Virus record (IMG/VR): IMGVR_UViG_3300045988_155520
Coordinates: 32,001 to 96,000 of that record
Source of the DNA: a virus
DNA: 64,000 bases
Reading direction: 5' to 3' (one strand)
Part shown: positions 36,616 to 45,609 of the stretch, one piece after another
How positions within the stretch are numbered: the stretch's first letter is position 1
How the letters are laid out: every line of letters starts with the position of its first letter
Notes under the pieces: generated by a model
Told to the model about the DNA's origin: nothing
What the model saw: the letters and a program-made list of their open reading frames with translations, nothing else
The model's database searches: none
Position numbers and translations under genes: made by a program

Positions 36616-36658
36616 AATCTGACCATTATCACGCAATATGCAGATAATCAGTCAGATT
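36616..36658 (-). terminator. terminator after the helicase gene
   Basis: aatctgac...gtcagatt outer stem with an inner attatc/gataat stem, followed on the minus strand by TTTTTTTAATC. Confidence 0.55.
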
Positions 36659-36685
36659 AATTTTTGAAATTTTTTCAAATCATTT

Positions 36686-38920
36686 TTATCCGTTATTTTC
36701 AAAAACTCGTTTGGCTATACTATTAGCAAAATCTTGTTTTTTCACTTGTTTATCTTTATCCCATTGAGACAAACTATCAACAACACTGACATTATCACAT
36801 GAGATTCTACACGTACCATTATTAAACTCAATACCATCAAAGACTTTACCAGCCTTACCTGCTCGGTTCTTAAGAATTGCTATTGTAGCTTTATTGTCTT
36901 CAATATCTTCAATAGTTCTTGCGATTGACATAACAACGTGTGCGACCTGAATCTTCTTAAATGAACCACCTGCTTTATCCATTGTAACAAGTTCTGCATT
37001 AACAGAATCCTTAGTACCTTGTAGAGGAATCCAGAAAGCCATATCCATTTCACCAGCCATTGCTTCAAATTTTCTCATAGTCTTTCCTTCTTTTTCCCAC
37101 TCACTTTGAGTATTTGCATCTCCTTTGTGTTCAAGACATTCAAAGTAGTCAACTATAACAAGGTCTGGTCTAAAACCATTGTTGATTTGCTTTTTAATAT
37201 AGCGTTCAATATCCCACGCTGTTTTCTCACCACTTGGGAAACGATTTATCCTTAGATTCTTGATGAGTTCAGGATAATCTTCTTTATAATGCGACAACTG
37301 ATGTTTTACACTATCAACATAGTCTGGTTTACTTAAATCTTTTGCTTCTATCTCAGTAATACGAGCCAAATGCTTGCGCTGTATCTGCTTAATTCTATCC
37401 TCGAATACAATTTGTAAGACCTTCTTGCCATTTGCAGCTGCATGACCAGCAATTGCGGTTGTCATTGAAGTATTATGTGTAACAATGAAGTAATCTGTCA
37501 AATAAAGATGAGATTCTGAGTCAACCATGATGCATTGTCCATCACAAATAGAATACGGAGTTACAGAAGTGATGTATCTTCTGCATTCCTCTTTTGACGG
37601 ATATATTACTTTACTTTGTTCTTCTTCTCTACCAAATATTTTAATATCTGTTGAATATATTTTAACAAGAACTTTATATACGTCATTATCGTCTCTTTCA
37701 TAAGTTGTAATTCCACCTAATGAGTTAACCAACAATTCAAAATCATTCAATAACTCTTTGTGACGTGTAGTAAACCATGTTTTACCATCTTCATCTACAT
37801 ATCCACCTCCGTCCATCATTCCATTCAGCAATGAAACACGTACAGGTAGTATATTGTAGAGATACTCATATCTAATTCCTGTTGCTTTAAATTCACCAAC
37901 ATCTTTGAGTATTCTATCACCTTCATTTCCCAAGTATAAACCCATTTCGTAAGGTTTTACAGGTATTTCATGAGGATAAAAATCAACAGGAGAGGTAAGA
38001 GGAATTGAAAACATAGGTTCATTTCCTTTATACAGTCCTTTTCCTAATATTTCATCTAAAGATAGGACGTTGTATTCCCCACCATTTTCACTTACACTCC
38101 ATAAATGTTCCTTACCACACTCTGTAAAACTTCCATCGCTGAATGTAACTTTATAAAATTGCCAATTCTTATGAGGAAATACATTTGTTACCTTATGCGG
38201 AAGACCATCTTCTCCTAACACATCATCACCTACCTTTATATCACCCATATGTTTTACACCATATGGAGTAAACACTTTTGAATGATATGGCTGTACTTTA
38301 CCGAATGAAGAAGGTCCAATAATAACACCAAGTTCTCCTTTTGCAATACCACCTTCCAAAACTTCATCAATCATATCAATACCAGTAGGTATTGTAACAC
38401 GATAATCGTCTGAAAGTGTTTCGTTAAGGTTATCAAAAACACCATATCCCATATCGGTAGCGGTACCAAGAGTCATAGCGTTATTGAAAAGTTCATAAAT
38501 TTCATCGTAATTATCAACTTCTCCATTACTTGCTAACTTCTCTATTTTACGAGCGGTTATTAGCATTTGTTGTTGACGAAAGAACTTTTGTGCTCTTTCT
38601 TGAACGAATTGAGAACCGTCTGAAGGGGTGTTTTTGATTTTATCAACTAAAGCAACATACTCTTCTCTTTGGATATCATTATATGCTTTATCTCTTAAAA
38701 GCATCTCCATTATCTCATAAGATGGGTGTATGTCGTTTTTATCGTAATACTCTTTTAGAAGTCCAACAAATATCTTTAGATGTGGGTCAGTGAACTTATT
38801 CTGCTCGATAATAGGGTTTAATTCACAGAAAAATTCTTTGTCTGCCATAAACTCATGTACAAGTTTATATTGATAAGTTTCACCAAGAAATCCTAAAGTA
38901 GCATCGTTATTATTATTCAT
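36686..38920 (-). CDS. dnaB: replicative DNA helicase (DnaB / T4 gp41 family), interrupted by an intein in the P-loop
   Basis: The exteins give GPSSFGK|TSMTT (Walker A), DLVIVDYFECLE (Walker B) and ILKNRAG. Intein at aa 209-483. Confidence 0.85.
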   Translation of the reverse strand: MNNNNDATLGFLGETYQYKLVHEFMADKEFFCELNPIIEQNKFTDPHLKIFVGLLKEYYDKNDIHPSYEIMEMLLRDKAYNDIQREEYVALVDKIKNTPSDGSQFVQERAQKFFRQQQMLITARKIEKLASNGEVDNYDEIYELFNNAMTLGTATDMGYGVFDNLNETLSDDYRVTIPTGIDMIDEVLEGGIAKGELGVIIGPSSFGKVQPYHSKVFTPYGVKHMGDIKVGDDVLGEDGLPHKVTNVFPHKNWQFYKVTFSDGSFTECGKEHLWSVSENGGEYNVLSLDEILGKGLYKGNEPMFSIPLTSPVDFYPHEIPVKPYEMGLYLGNEGDRILKDVGEFKATGIRYEYLYNILPVRVSLLNGMMDGGGYVDEDGKTWFTTRHKELLNDFELLVNSLGGITTYERDDNDVYKVLVKIYSTDIKIFGREEEQSKVIYPSKEECRRYITSVTPYSICDGQCIMVDSESHLYLTDYFIVTHNTSMTTAIAGHAAANGKKVLQIVFEDRIKQIQRKHLARITEIEAKDLSKPDYVDSVKHQLSHYKEDYPELIKNLRINRFPSGEKTAWDIERYIKKQINNGFRPDLVIVDYFECLEHKGDANTQSEWEKEGKTMRKFEAMAGEMDMAFWIPLQGTKDSVNAELVTMDKAGGSFKKIQVAHVVMSIARTIEDIEDNKATIAILKNRAGKAGKVFDGIEFNNGTCRISCDNVSVVDSLSQWDKDKQVKKQDFANSIAKRVFENNG
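37472..38296 (-). mobile_element. intein (275 aa) with LAGLIDADG-like remnants; candidate class 3
   Basis: K|VQPYHSKVFTPYGVKHMGDIKVGDDVL...GSFTECGKEHLW...GLYLGNEGD...LLNGMMDGGGYVD...QCIMVDSESHLYLTDYFIVTHN|TSMTT. I checked the codons at 38296 (Val1) and 37472 (terminal Asn) against the DNA. Confidence 0.75.
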
Positions 38921-38970
38921 TTCAAATAAAATAATTTATTCATGATAAAAATCATGAATGTTGTGAAAAT

Positions 38971-39000
38971 TCGCCCACGCAGTCTTATCCACGTGGGCGA
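38971..39000 (-). terminator. terminator after 39006..39740
   Basis: tcgcccacg / 12-nt loop / cgtgggcga: a 9-bp GC-rich perfect stem, followed on the minus strand by ATTTTC. Confidence 0.55.
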
Positions 39001-39005
39001 TAAAA

Positions 39006-39740
39006 TTAATACAATGTGTTGAAATAATCCTTTGTCTTCTTCGCATACTTCTTTTCAAGCTTACGCATTCTCTTATAATTCTCATAACCAATATTGAAAT
39101 TATAAGTCTTGTACTTACTTGAATCTGAATCATAATAATATTCATCAGAAGTTGAGAAGTTTTCAATAGCTTCTTTAGGAGAAACTTCTCCATGTGTAGA
39201 ACACTGATTACAGATTGTATTTATGATAGCCATCAAAATGTCCTGCTTATCATAAATCATCTCTTTTAAAGCAGACAATTCTAAAGAAAGACGATTATTA
39301 TCCTTAAAGAAGTCTTCTTTATCGTATGTAAACACTTGTCCATTCTTATTTGTAATTCTAACCTTCTTATTAGTAAGGTCAACTCTATCCCTAATCATAC
39401 GTGGATAGCTATAACCATCCCAGATACGTGTAATAACAGGCTTCTTGTTATCACTAATCACAATCTTAAATGTGCATTCCCATGGCTCGCTAAGTGGGGC
39501 AGTAAATTCTTCAGCGACATCAGATGGATTGTAGTAATAGGTAGTATAAATACTACTCTTATCCTTCAAGTCATCATCAATCATTCTTACAATGTCATCT
39601 ACTGTTTCCTTAAACTCCACAGTGTTCATTGAACCCTCAATGTAATTAGGAATTTTAAAATTACGCTTACAAATAATAAAATCGTTTACATAGATAGTAT
39701 AATCAAAACGATACTCCTTGTAATCTTGTTTGTTGTCCAT
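39006..39740 (-). CDS. hypothetical protein (244 aa)
   Basis: Intact ORF flanked by a terminator. No motif recognised. Confidence 0.6.
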   Translation of the reverse strand: MDNKQDYKEYRFDYTIYVNDFIICKRNFKIPNYIEGSMNTVEFKETVDDIVRMIDDDLKDKSSIYTTYYYNPSDVAEEFTAPLSEPWECTFKIVISDNKKPVITRIWDGYSYPRMIRDRVDLTNKKVRITNKNGQVFTYDKEDFFKDNNRLSLELSALKEMIYDKQDILMAIINTICNQCSTHGEVSPKEAIENFSTSDEYYYDSDSSKYKTYNFNIGYENYKRMRKLEKKYAKKTKDYFNTLY

Positions 39741-39785
39741 TAATCTTTTTAATTTAAAATGTTTGACAAAATATAAAAATAAAAA

Positions 39786-40100
39786 CTAAATATCTACAAT
39801 TTTAACAATTCTTCCTACTTCTTCGTAGAGTCTTACACCCCACTTTCCGTTACTATTTTTAATTGATTCTCCCAATCTTAGTTTACCAAGTTTGTTGTGA
39901 GAAACAATATTACCAACAGTCTTATTAAATCTGTTAGTCTTAGTACCTTTCTTTGTTGAGGATGTATATTCCTTATCATAATCATCAAGTACTAATGTTG
40001 ATGATAGATATTCTTTAAGTTCTCTTGTTGTAGCGTGATAATTTTCTTTTTTAGCAAGGTATTTTACCACAAACGGAACTAATTTCTTTTCTTTCCACAT
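39786..40100 (-). CDS. stand-alone Mrr_N-like winged-helix protein (104 aa)
   Basis: Start moved to the ATG at 40100 (MWKEKKL). KLVPFVVKYLAKKENYHATTRELKEYLSSTLVLDDYD...NRFNKTVGNIVSHNKLGKL parallels the E. coli Mrr N-terminus (KFIEPVLRYLATK...LGLDDSQ...YKNRAGWAHDRLKRAGL, recalled from memory). Confidence 0.45.
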   Translation of the reverse strand: MWKEKKLVPFVVKYLAKKENYHATTRELKEYLSSTLVLDDYDKEYTSSTKKGTKTNRFNKTVGNIVSHNKLGKLRLGESIKNSNGKWGVRLYEEVGRIVKIVDI

Positions 40101-40122
40101 GACTGTATTTTTTTTGTTAATG

Positions 40123-40130
40123 CAAAGATA
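40123..40130 (-). promoter_or_regulatory. Bacteroidota-type -7 box TATCTTTG
   Basis: Minus strand reads CATGTATCTTTGCATTAA, 22 nt before the ATG at 40100. Confidence 0.55.
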
Positions 40131-40158
40131 CATGGAAAAAGATTTATAACAAAATTTT

Positions 40159-41322
40159 CTAACTACTTTTTTTATAATATTTTTTTTCAGAACTAATTAA
40201 ACGCTCAAACATACCAAATAATGACCCAAATTTATTTTCATCTAATAATAAATTCATAGAATTTCGTTGAATTATTTTATATACATTAGTAGTTTGTCTA
40301 CCCTCTGGGTCAATAGGTGCATCTATTGTTTCTTTTAATTCCATTTCTGCTTCTTCCGTTAGTAATGGTTTACTTAAATCAACTATTTTCCAATTTATTT
40401 CAAACAACTTATTACCTTGACATCCATCAGTTATCTGATTAATGATGTTTTCAAGCGATTTAAGCGGTTTTTTCTTCTCTGACTTTCTACTAACCAGAAG
40501 TTCTTTGGAACGCTCTATAACGTCATTTAAAGTACCTCTACGGGTCTTAAACTCTGGGAATAGTTTAAGGAATGATGTTTCTCCAAGTCCTTTAACACCC
40601 TTTATGTTATCAGACACATCACCACATAATGTTTTTTCTAATACGATGTTTTCATGTGTGATACCAAGTTCTTCTACAGAGTTCTTTGTACTTATTGCTT
40701 TTTTCTTTCTTGGATTATAGATACAAACATCTTCATTTATTAACTGGGTAATATCTTTATCGGCTGATACAACTACAATTTTTTCGTTAGGTTTTCTATT
40801 AATACATCTATAAGCAATAATATCATCACCTTCCACGTTATCAAACATATATTGTCTTACGAATAATTCGTCTAATATTTCTTGAATTATTCCTCTTTGT
40901 CTTTGGAATGATTCATCTTCTGATTCTCCTCGTACAGTAGCTTGTTTCTTGTTATTATGTTTAAGAATATTTTTGCAATAATTAGAAATATATTTGTCAT
41001 AATCGGTTTGGTTTTCACCTACTTCATAATTCTTACCTCTATTCGCTTTATATTCAGGATAAATGTTATATCTTAATATACCACTCATATAGCCATCCCA
41101 ACATACTGTACATGTTTCAAAATCACGCATTTGCAATATCTGTCCTAAGATACGTAAGAAGTTGTATACGGCACCATATTCCTCTCCTTTATCATTTAAT
41201 AATGTTTTATTTACTAACGATATTTTAAGAAGATTGTTTCCGTCTACAATTAAAGTATATATTGGTTTTGTTTGGACTATATTATTTGCTATCGCAACAC
41301 TTTTTCTGACTACTTGTTTCAT
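40159..41322 (-). CDS. 5'-3' exonuclease / flap endonuclease (T4 RNase H-like)
   Basis: Start moved to the ATG at 41322 (MKQVVRKS). LIVDGNNLL, CWDG, YKANR, EGDDIIA, VVSADKDITQL. H3TH: GDVSDNIKGVKGLGETSFLKL. Confidence 0.85.
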   Translation of the reverse strand: MKQVVRKSVAIANNIVQTKPIYTLIVDGNNLLKISLVNKTLLNDKGEEYGAVYNFLRILGQILQMRDFETCTVCWDGYMSGILRYNIYPEYKANRGKNYEVGENQTDYDKYISNYCKNILKHNNKKQATVRGESEDESFQRQRGIIQEILDELFVRQYMFDNVEGDDIIAYRCINRKPNEKIVVVSADKDITQLINEDVCIYNPRKKKAISTKNSVEELGITHENIVLEKTLCGDVSDNIKGVKGLGETSFLKLFPEFKTRRGTLNDVIERSKELLVSRKSEKKKPLKSLENIINQITDGCQGNKLFEINWKIVDLSKPLLTEEAEMELKETIDAPIDPEGRQTTNVYKIIQRNSMNLLLDENKFGSLFGMFERLISSEKKYYKKSS

Positions 41323-41338
41323 TGTATATATTTTTTTG

Positions 41339-41346
41339 CAAAGATA
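41339..41346 (-). promoter_or_regulatory. Bacteroidota-type -7 box TATCTTTG
   Basis: Minus strand reads AATGTATCTTTGCAAAAAAA, 16 nt before the ATG at 41322. Confidence 0.55.
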
Positions 41347-41371
41347 CATTATTTTTGTTTAAAAACAAAAT

Positions 41372-41393
41372 AAGAGTGGCTAAAACCACTCTT
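41372..41393 (-). terminator. terminator overlapping the stop codon of the neck-protein gene
   Basis: aagagtgg / ctaaaa / ccactctt: an 8-bp stem, followed on the minus strand by ATTTTGTTTTT. Confidence 0.55.
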
Positions 41394-42546
41394 ACCGAAC
41401 ATAAAAACCTCCGAGAGGCTTTTGTTGTAATACTTTTATTAAATTATCAGTTAAATTAGATTGTTTTTCTAAAATATTCCAAGGTAACATTTCGTCTAAG
41501 CGTTTATTTAACTCTTCAAGTGCATTCTGCTTATCCTGTTTTCCTAATTCTAAAAGCATGTTATAATCCATTTGCATTTCTGCTTCTGGAATTTTCACAC
41601 TACCTGAATATGTACCACGTATCAAACCTAACGTTATCATTGCTTCAGCAACAAGTAATTGTCGGACAGTTTGCTGGGCTGGATTATTAAGGAACTCGTA
41701 ATGCATTTCATTTAACGGTACTTGGTCTGGTGTTATTAAAACATCATCTTTATTTTCTAATCGGCATTCATTGGCTGCATCTTCACCACCATCACCTATA
41801 TCGTAATAAGTATACCAACAATAACACTTACTATATCTATTCCATCCCCAAGTATCGTCAGCTGCTAATCCGCCAACCATATTTGATGAACCTGGAGTTG
41901 ATAGAAGATGTACAAGATGTGTGCCATTAGGTCCTGCTGTTACTTTGTAAGCAAGGTCTCCTCTTAAAAGTGAATTTTTATACTTCAAATCCGCAGCCAT
42001 AAGTGCTGTATCATATGCAGAGCCAACATAGAATCCTGTAATACCCATTCCATTACCCATGTTTCCATATTGTCCATATCCACCACCAATACCAGTGTCA
42101 AGAGTTCCAAGATTGCCATATAAAGCAGCTTTAGTCGTTGATGGTGTTATATATAATACTTTGTTAATTTCTCGTCCTGCTGGAATTACATAAACTTGTT
42201 TACCTTTCTCTATTTGAAAAAAATCTTTCTTTAACTCATAACTACCACGTTGCTGTAGACCAACTTCTCTTGAGAACCAGTAAGAAAAATCTCTTGACCA
42301 GTCCATAGTACGCACGGTTAATGCATAGGCTACATCGGCAGGGTCTTTCAACAGTGTCTTGTTGCCCATCAGATTTAACCATTGTGACTTGATAACCCAG
42401 TTTTGTACTTTCTCAGAATAATCACCAATTGCAACTTCAAGTAAGTCACATAATTGATTATCATCTAATTGTATAGTTCTAACTGGTGCACCTAATTTAG
42501 TTCTTACGGTCTTAAATAATTTTTTTACTTCTGGTGTTATATTCAT
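41392..42546 (-). CDS. gp13: T4 gp13-like neck protein
   Basis: The N-terminus KLGAPVRTIQLDDNQLCDLLEVAIGDYSEKV parallels T4 gp13 [31 protein letters not shown] (from memory). The Gly-rich centre and coiled C-terminus also match. Confidence 0.65.
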   Translation of the reverse strand: MNITPEVKKLFKTVRTKLGAPVRTIQLDDNQLCDLLEVAIGDYSEKVQNWVIKSQWLNLMGNKTLLKDPADVAYALTVRTMDWSRDFSYWFSREVGLQQRGSYELKKDFFQIEKGKQVYVIPAGREINKVLYITPSTTKAALYGNLGTLDTGIGGGYGQYGNMGNGMGITGFYVGSAYDTALMAADLKYKNSLLRGDLAYKVTAGPNGTHLVHLLSTPGSSNMVGGLAADDTWGWNRYSKCYCWYTYYDIGDGGEDAANECRLENKDDVLITPDQVPLNEMHYEFLNNPAQQTVRQLLVAEAMITLGLIRGTYSGSVKIPEAEMQMDYNMLLELGKQDKQNALEELNKRLDEMLPWNILEKQSNLTDNLIKVLQQKPLGGFYVR

Positions 42547-42586
42547 TATTATATACTTTTGATATAAATAGTTGTTAAATAAAAAA

Positions 42587-42609
42587 AGGAGCGGTCTTAA
42601 ACCACTCCT
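42587..42609 (-). terminator. terminator after the recombinase gene
   Basis: aggagcggt / cttaa / accactcct: a 9-bp stem with 1 mismatch, followed on the minus strand by TTTTTTTATTT. Confidence 0.6.
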
Positions 42610-42615
42610 AATTAT

Positions 42616-43794
42616 TTATTCTTCACTAACTTCTTCTTCACTGAAAGTTAAATCTTTATCAGTAATATTTTCATTAGTGCTATCACTATTATTCTTATAT
42701 TCTTCAAGTTTTTTCAACAAATCCTTTAAATCTGTTTTCTTGTAATTATCAAGTTCGTCCTCACTAATAATACCATTATGAACACAACAGAAAGTACTTT
42801 CTCTCATAATATTCCATGGGCTTGGAAGTTGGTTTTTTGTACTCTTGATTTTAGTGATAATACCGTAATTAACAGTTTCTCCCTTATAAGTACAAGTTAA
42901 ACGCTTTGTAGCTGCTTTTGCAACACCACCAACATGAAGAATGAGTCGTGCACCATACACGAAAGTCTTACCACCCTTAAACTCTATTGATGCAGCACCG
43001 CCCATTGAGTTCATTGAGTCGTTCCATATCTTATTTACACAGAACATAGTGTTTGTAAATTCACACCCTACACTCTTAGAAGCTGGTATTCGGTTGTTAA
43101 TAATATTACTAAATGCTTGTGAAATTGCACCTGCATCAAACATATTATTACCGCTCTTACTTGCATAAGACTTGAATGAACCAATTGAACCAATTGAGTC
43201 CCAAATGAAGCAAATAGGCATTTGTAGTTTACCTTCGTCTTGTTTGTCAAGCAAGTCATTGATGATATAAGATATATCCTCTAATACAGCCTGTTTACGT
43301 TTGGTCTTTGTTTGCTTACCTGTGGAATAATCATTCATACCACATTTCTCGGCAAGAATAACGCTATTGTAATAAAGGAACAGACCTCTGTAGTCAACGA
43401 TACCTTCTTTCACTTCTCCAGTATCTTCGTCAACAATTTCTCCGTAAATTTCCTCAAATTCCATACCGCAGTCTTTAGCGTAACTGAAATCAAAGTTATT
43501 TTCTGTATCAAAAATGACAGGAAGAATACCCTGCCTCTGACATGCTGCAACAACGCAATTGACCAATGTTGATTTACCAGTATTCGACCATCCGCCTACA
43601 ATACTTAAATAACCTAAAGGAAGTCCTGGTAACTGTGTGGCTTCTTCAAATGCCTTTGGTAGATATATGAAATCCATTGGCTTTTCAGCACTTGATTCTC
43701 GTGATACCTTCACTTCATCGGTAAAACCTGCAATCGCTCTAATATCATTAACTGAAGGTTTTGCAAAACTTTTCTTTTTAATAGCCTGTCTCAT
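42616..43794 (-). CDS. uvsX: RecA-superfamily recombinase (UvsX-like)
   Basis: 392 aa (T4 UvsX is 391 aa). Walker A: GGWSNTGKST. Walker B-like: ICFIWDSIGS. Acidic C-terminal tail. Confidence 0.75.
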   Translation of the reverse strand: MRQAIKKKSFAKPSVNDIRAIAGFTDEVKVSRESSAEKPMDFIYLPKAFEEATQLPGLPLGYLSIVGGWSNTGKSTLVNCVVAACQRQGILPVIFDTENNFDFSYAKDCGMEFEEIYGEIVDEDTGEVKEGIVDYRGLFLYYNSVILAEKCGMNDYSTGKQTKTKRKQAVLEDISYIINDLLDKQDEGKLQMPICFIWDSIGSIGSFKSYASKSGNNMFDAGAISQAFSNIINNRIPASKSVGCEFTNTMFCVNKIWNDSMNSMGGAASIEFKGGKTFVYGARLILHVGGVAKAATKRLTCTYKGETVNYGIITKIKSTKNQLPSPWNIMRESTFCCVHNGIISEDELDNYKKTDLKDLLKKLEEYKNNSDSTNENITDKDLTFSEEEVSEE

Positions 43795-44398
43795 TTTCTA
43801 AGTTCTTCTTTCTTATTTCTTTTTTCCAACATTTTCTACATAAGGGTTTGTAAATGTCATTACCACCAACCAAAATTTGATTTCCCTCAGTAATAATCTT
43901 ACCATTCTCATCAAACCTTGCATTGATAGACGCTTTCCCACCACACTCACAATATGACTTGACTTCCTCAATCTCGTCAGCAAGTTCAAATAATCTTTTT
44001 GAACCATCAAAAGTTCTCGATTCAAAATCAGTTCTTAAACCATAACAATAAACGTTAATATTTAAAAAATCAACGATATCACTTAACTGATTAACCTGTT
44101 TCTCGGTGAGAAATTGCGCTTCATCTACCAGTACCCAAGATAATTCACTGAAATGAGTTTTCATAACATTGTTAATCTCTTTTACTTTTTCATAAAGATT
44201 AACATTTACACCTACACTAATACAATCTTTTGATAAACCAGCTCTGGAAACAATTTTATTATCACCATCTCTTGTATCAACATTTGGTTTAATAATTATT
44301 GTAGGAATATTCTTCTCTTCTAAGTTATGCGCAAGGGCAAGAAGTCTAAGTGACTTGGAACTGCCCATTGCACCATAATTAAAATATAATTTTGCCAT
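43778..44398 (-). CDS. tdk: thymidine kinase
   Basis: P-loop: GAMGSSKS. VLVDEAQF. C-terminal Zn motif: CECGG...CRKC. Confidence 0.9.
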   Translation of the reverse strand: MAKLYFNYGAMGSSKSLRLLALAHNLEEKNIPTIIIKPNVDTRDGDNKIVSRAGLSKDCISVGVNVNLYEKVKEINNVMKTHFSELSWVLVDEAQFLTEKQVNQLSDIVDFLNINVYCYGLRTDFESRTFDGSKRLFELADEIEEVKSYCECGGKASINARFDENGKIITEGNQILVGGNDIYKPLCRKCWKKEIRKKNLENETGY

Positions 44399-44409
44399 TT
44401 ACTTATTAT

Positions 44410-45438
44410 TTAAAATGGTAAATCAACATCGTCATCATTGTCATTTGAGAAAATCTCATTAGATACCTGTGTTGATGGAGTTTCTACTGAATTTCCCGTG
44501 TTCGCAGTTTCTGGATTAGCTTCAAACTTACTACTTGTATCTGGAGTTAAATTGTTCTCCAATTCACTCTGTTCACGTGCATCATCCTCTTGTACCTTTG
44601 CATTCTTGTCAACGTACATTTGTTTCTCCTTGTCGTAAACAGGTACACCACCCTCAACTAAGATTCTCATATACTCAGAACTCTTAGTAGGGAACACCTC
44701 TGTCCACTTCTTCTCATCCTTAATCCAACTAAGTCCTTTCTCGAAATCGGTTGTTAATGGACTTGGGAAGCCCTCATCGGCTACTTTATAAGATGTCTTA
44801 TTGTCCTTTCCACGTGTAATTGTAATGATAAAATCTTCACCATTATTGAGGTCAAAGATATTATAATCATTACCTTTCTTCTTTCCTGATTCATTTCTAA
44901 GTTTATAGAAATTCATCATATGGTCATAAATACCTTGCTGTTTATTTGAACTATTAAACAACCAGAATTTAACACCATCCTCTTCATGGTCTCTATCAAT
45001 ACATCTAACAACCCATGCTTCCTTTGCTTTATCCATGAAAGCGACTTCTCCAAGTTTCTTCTTTGTAACTTCATCAGTAGCTTCTCTCTGTTGTTCCTGT
45101 GCATGACGTGATACCTTACAAATAGGACATTCGCACCCCTTACCGTCTTTTGCATTCTTTTCTGGGCAAGGAATCATCTTCCATCCACTCTTAGAAACTT
45201 CTCTATTTACACGGATAGTATGAATCCATACTTTCTTAAATGGAGAACCGCCTTCTGGAGAGAATGGTAGTAATCTAATAGTAAGTGTTTTTTCATTTTC
45301 CCCCTCTTCCAAGCGAGCCTGTAAATAATTCTTGGTATCGAAGGATGAATTTTGATTCTTAGGCTGAGAATCTCTTAATACATCGTTGTACTGTTTTTCA
45401 ACAGCGTCTGAATTAATGTTTACATTAAATTGTGTCAT
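44410..45438 (-). CDS. gp32: T4 gp32-like single-stranded DNA-binding protein
   Basis: TIRLLPFSPEGGSPF...H...CPEKNAKDGKGCECPICK parallels T4 gp32 VIRFLPSKNDEQAPF...H...C...CPVC (a His/Cys3 Zn site). Acidic tail ends DDDVDLPF. Confidence 0.82.
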   Translation of the reverse strand: MTQFNVNINSDAVEKQYNDVLRDSQPKNQNSSFDTKNYLQARLEEGENEKTLTIRLLPFSPEGGSPFKKVWIHTIRVNREVSKSGWKMIPCPEKNAKDGKGCECPICKVSRHAQEQQREATDEVTKKKLGEVAFMDKAKEAWVVRCIDRDHEEDGVKFWLFNSSNKQQGIYDHMMNFYKLRNESGKKKGNDYNIFDLNNGEDFIITITRGKDNKTSYKVADEGFPSPLTTDFEKGLSWIKDEKKWTEVFPTKSSEYMRILVEGGVPVYDKEKQMYVDKNAKVQEDDAREQSELENNLTPDTSSKFEANPETANTGNSVETPSTQVSNEIFSNDNDDDVDLPF

Positions 45439-45508
45439 AAAATAAAAAATTAAAATATTAAAAAATTGATTTGTGAGTCTATATACTCACTTAAACTAAA
45501 TTACATTG

Positions 45509-45516
45509 CAAAGATA
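45509..45516 (-). promoter_or_regulatory. Bacteroidota-type -7 box TATCTTTG
   Basis: Minus strand reads CTCTGTATCTTTGCAATG, 70 nt before the ATG at 45438. Confidence 0.5.
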
Positions 45517-45543
45517 CAGAGAAAAATATATATTACCAAATAA

Positions 45544-45593
45544 AATCTCTGCTAATATATAAATATCTTTATTATCTATATTTAGCAGAGATT
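45544..45593 (-). terminator. terminator after 45610..46446
   Basis: aatctctgctaa / 26-nt AT loop / ttagcagagatt: a 12-bp perfect stem. Confidence 0.5.
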
Positions 45594-45609
45594 ATGTACT
45601 ATATTTTTA

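Noticed and set aside
38936-39193. 85-aa minus-strand ORF overlapping the 3' end of 39006..39740 and running through the terminator hairpin.
   Set aside because: It overlaps a better ORF in another frame and crosses a GC-rich terminator stem. Probably spurious. The same reasoning applies to 36880..37068, 43068..43259, 43813..44025, 44916..45155, 48344..48628, 49376..49591, 53321..53503 and 55746..56018.
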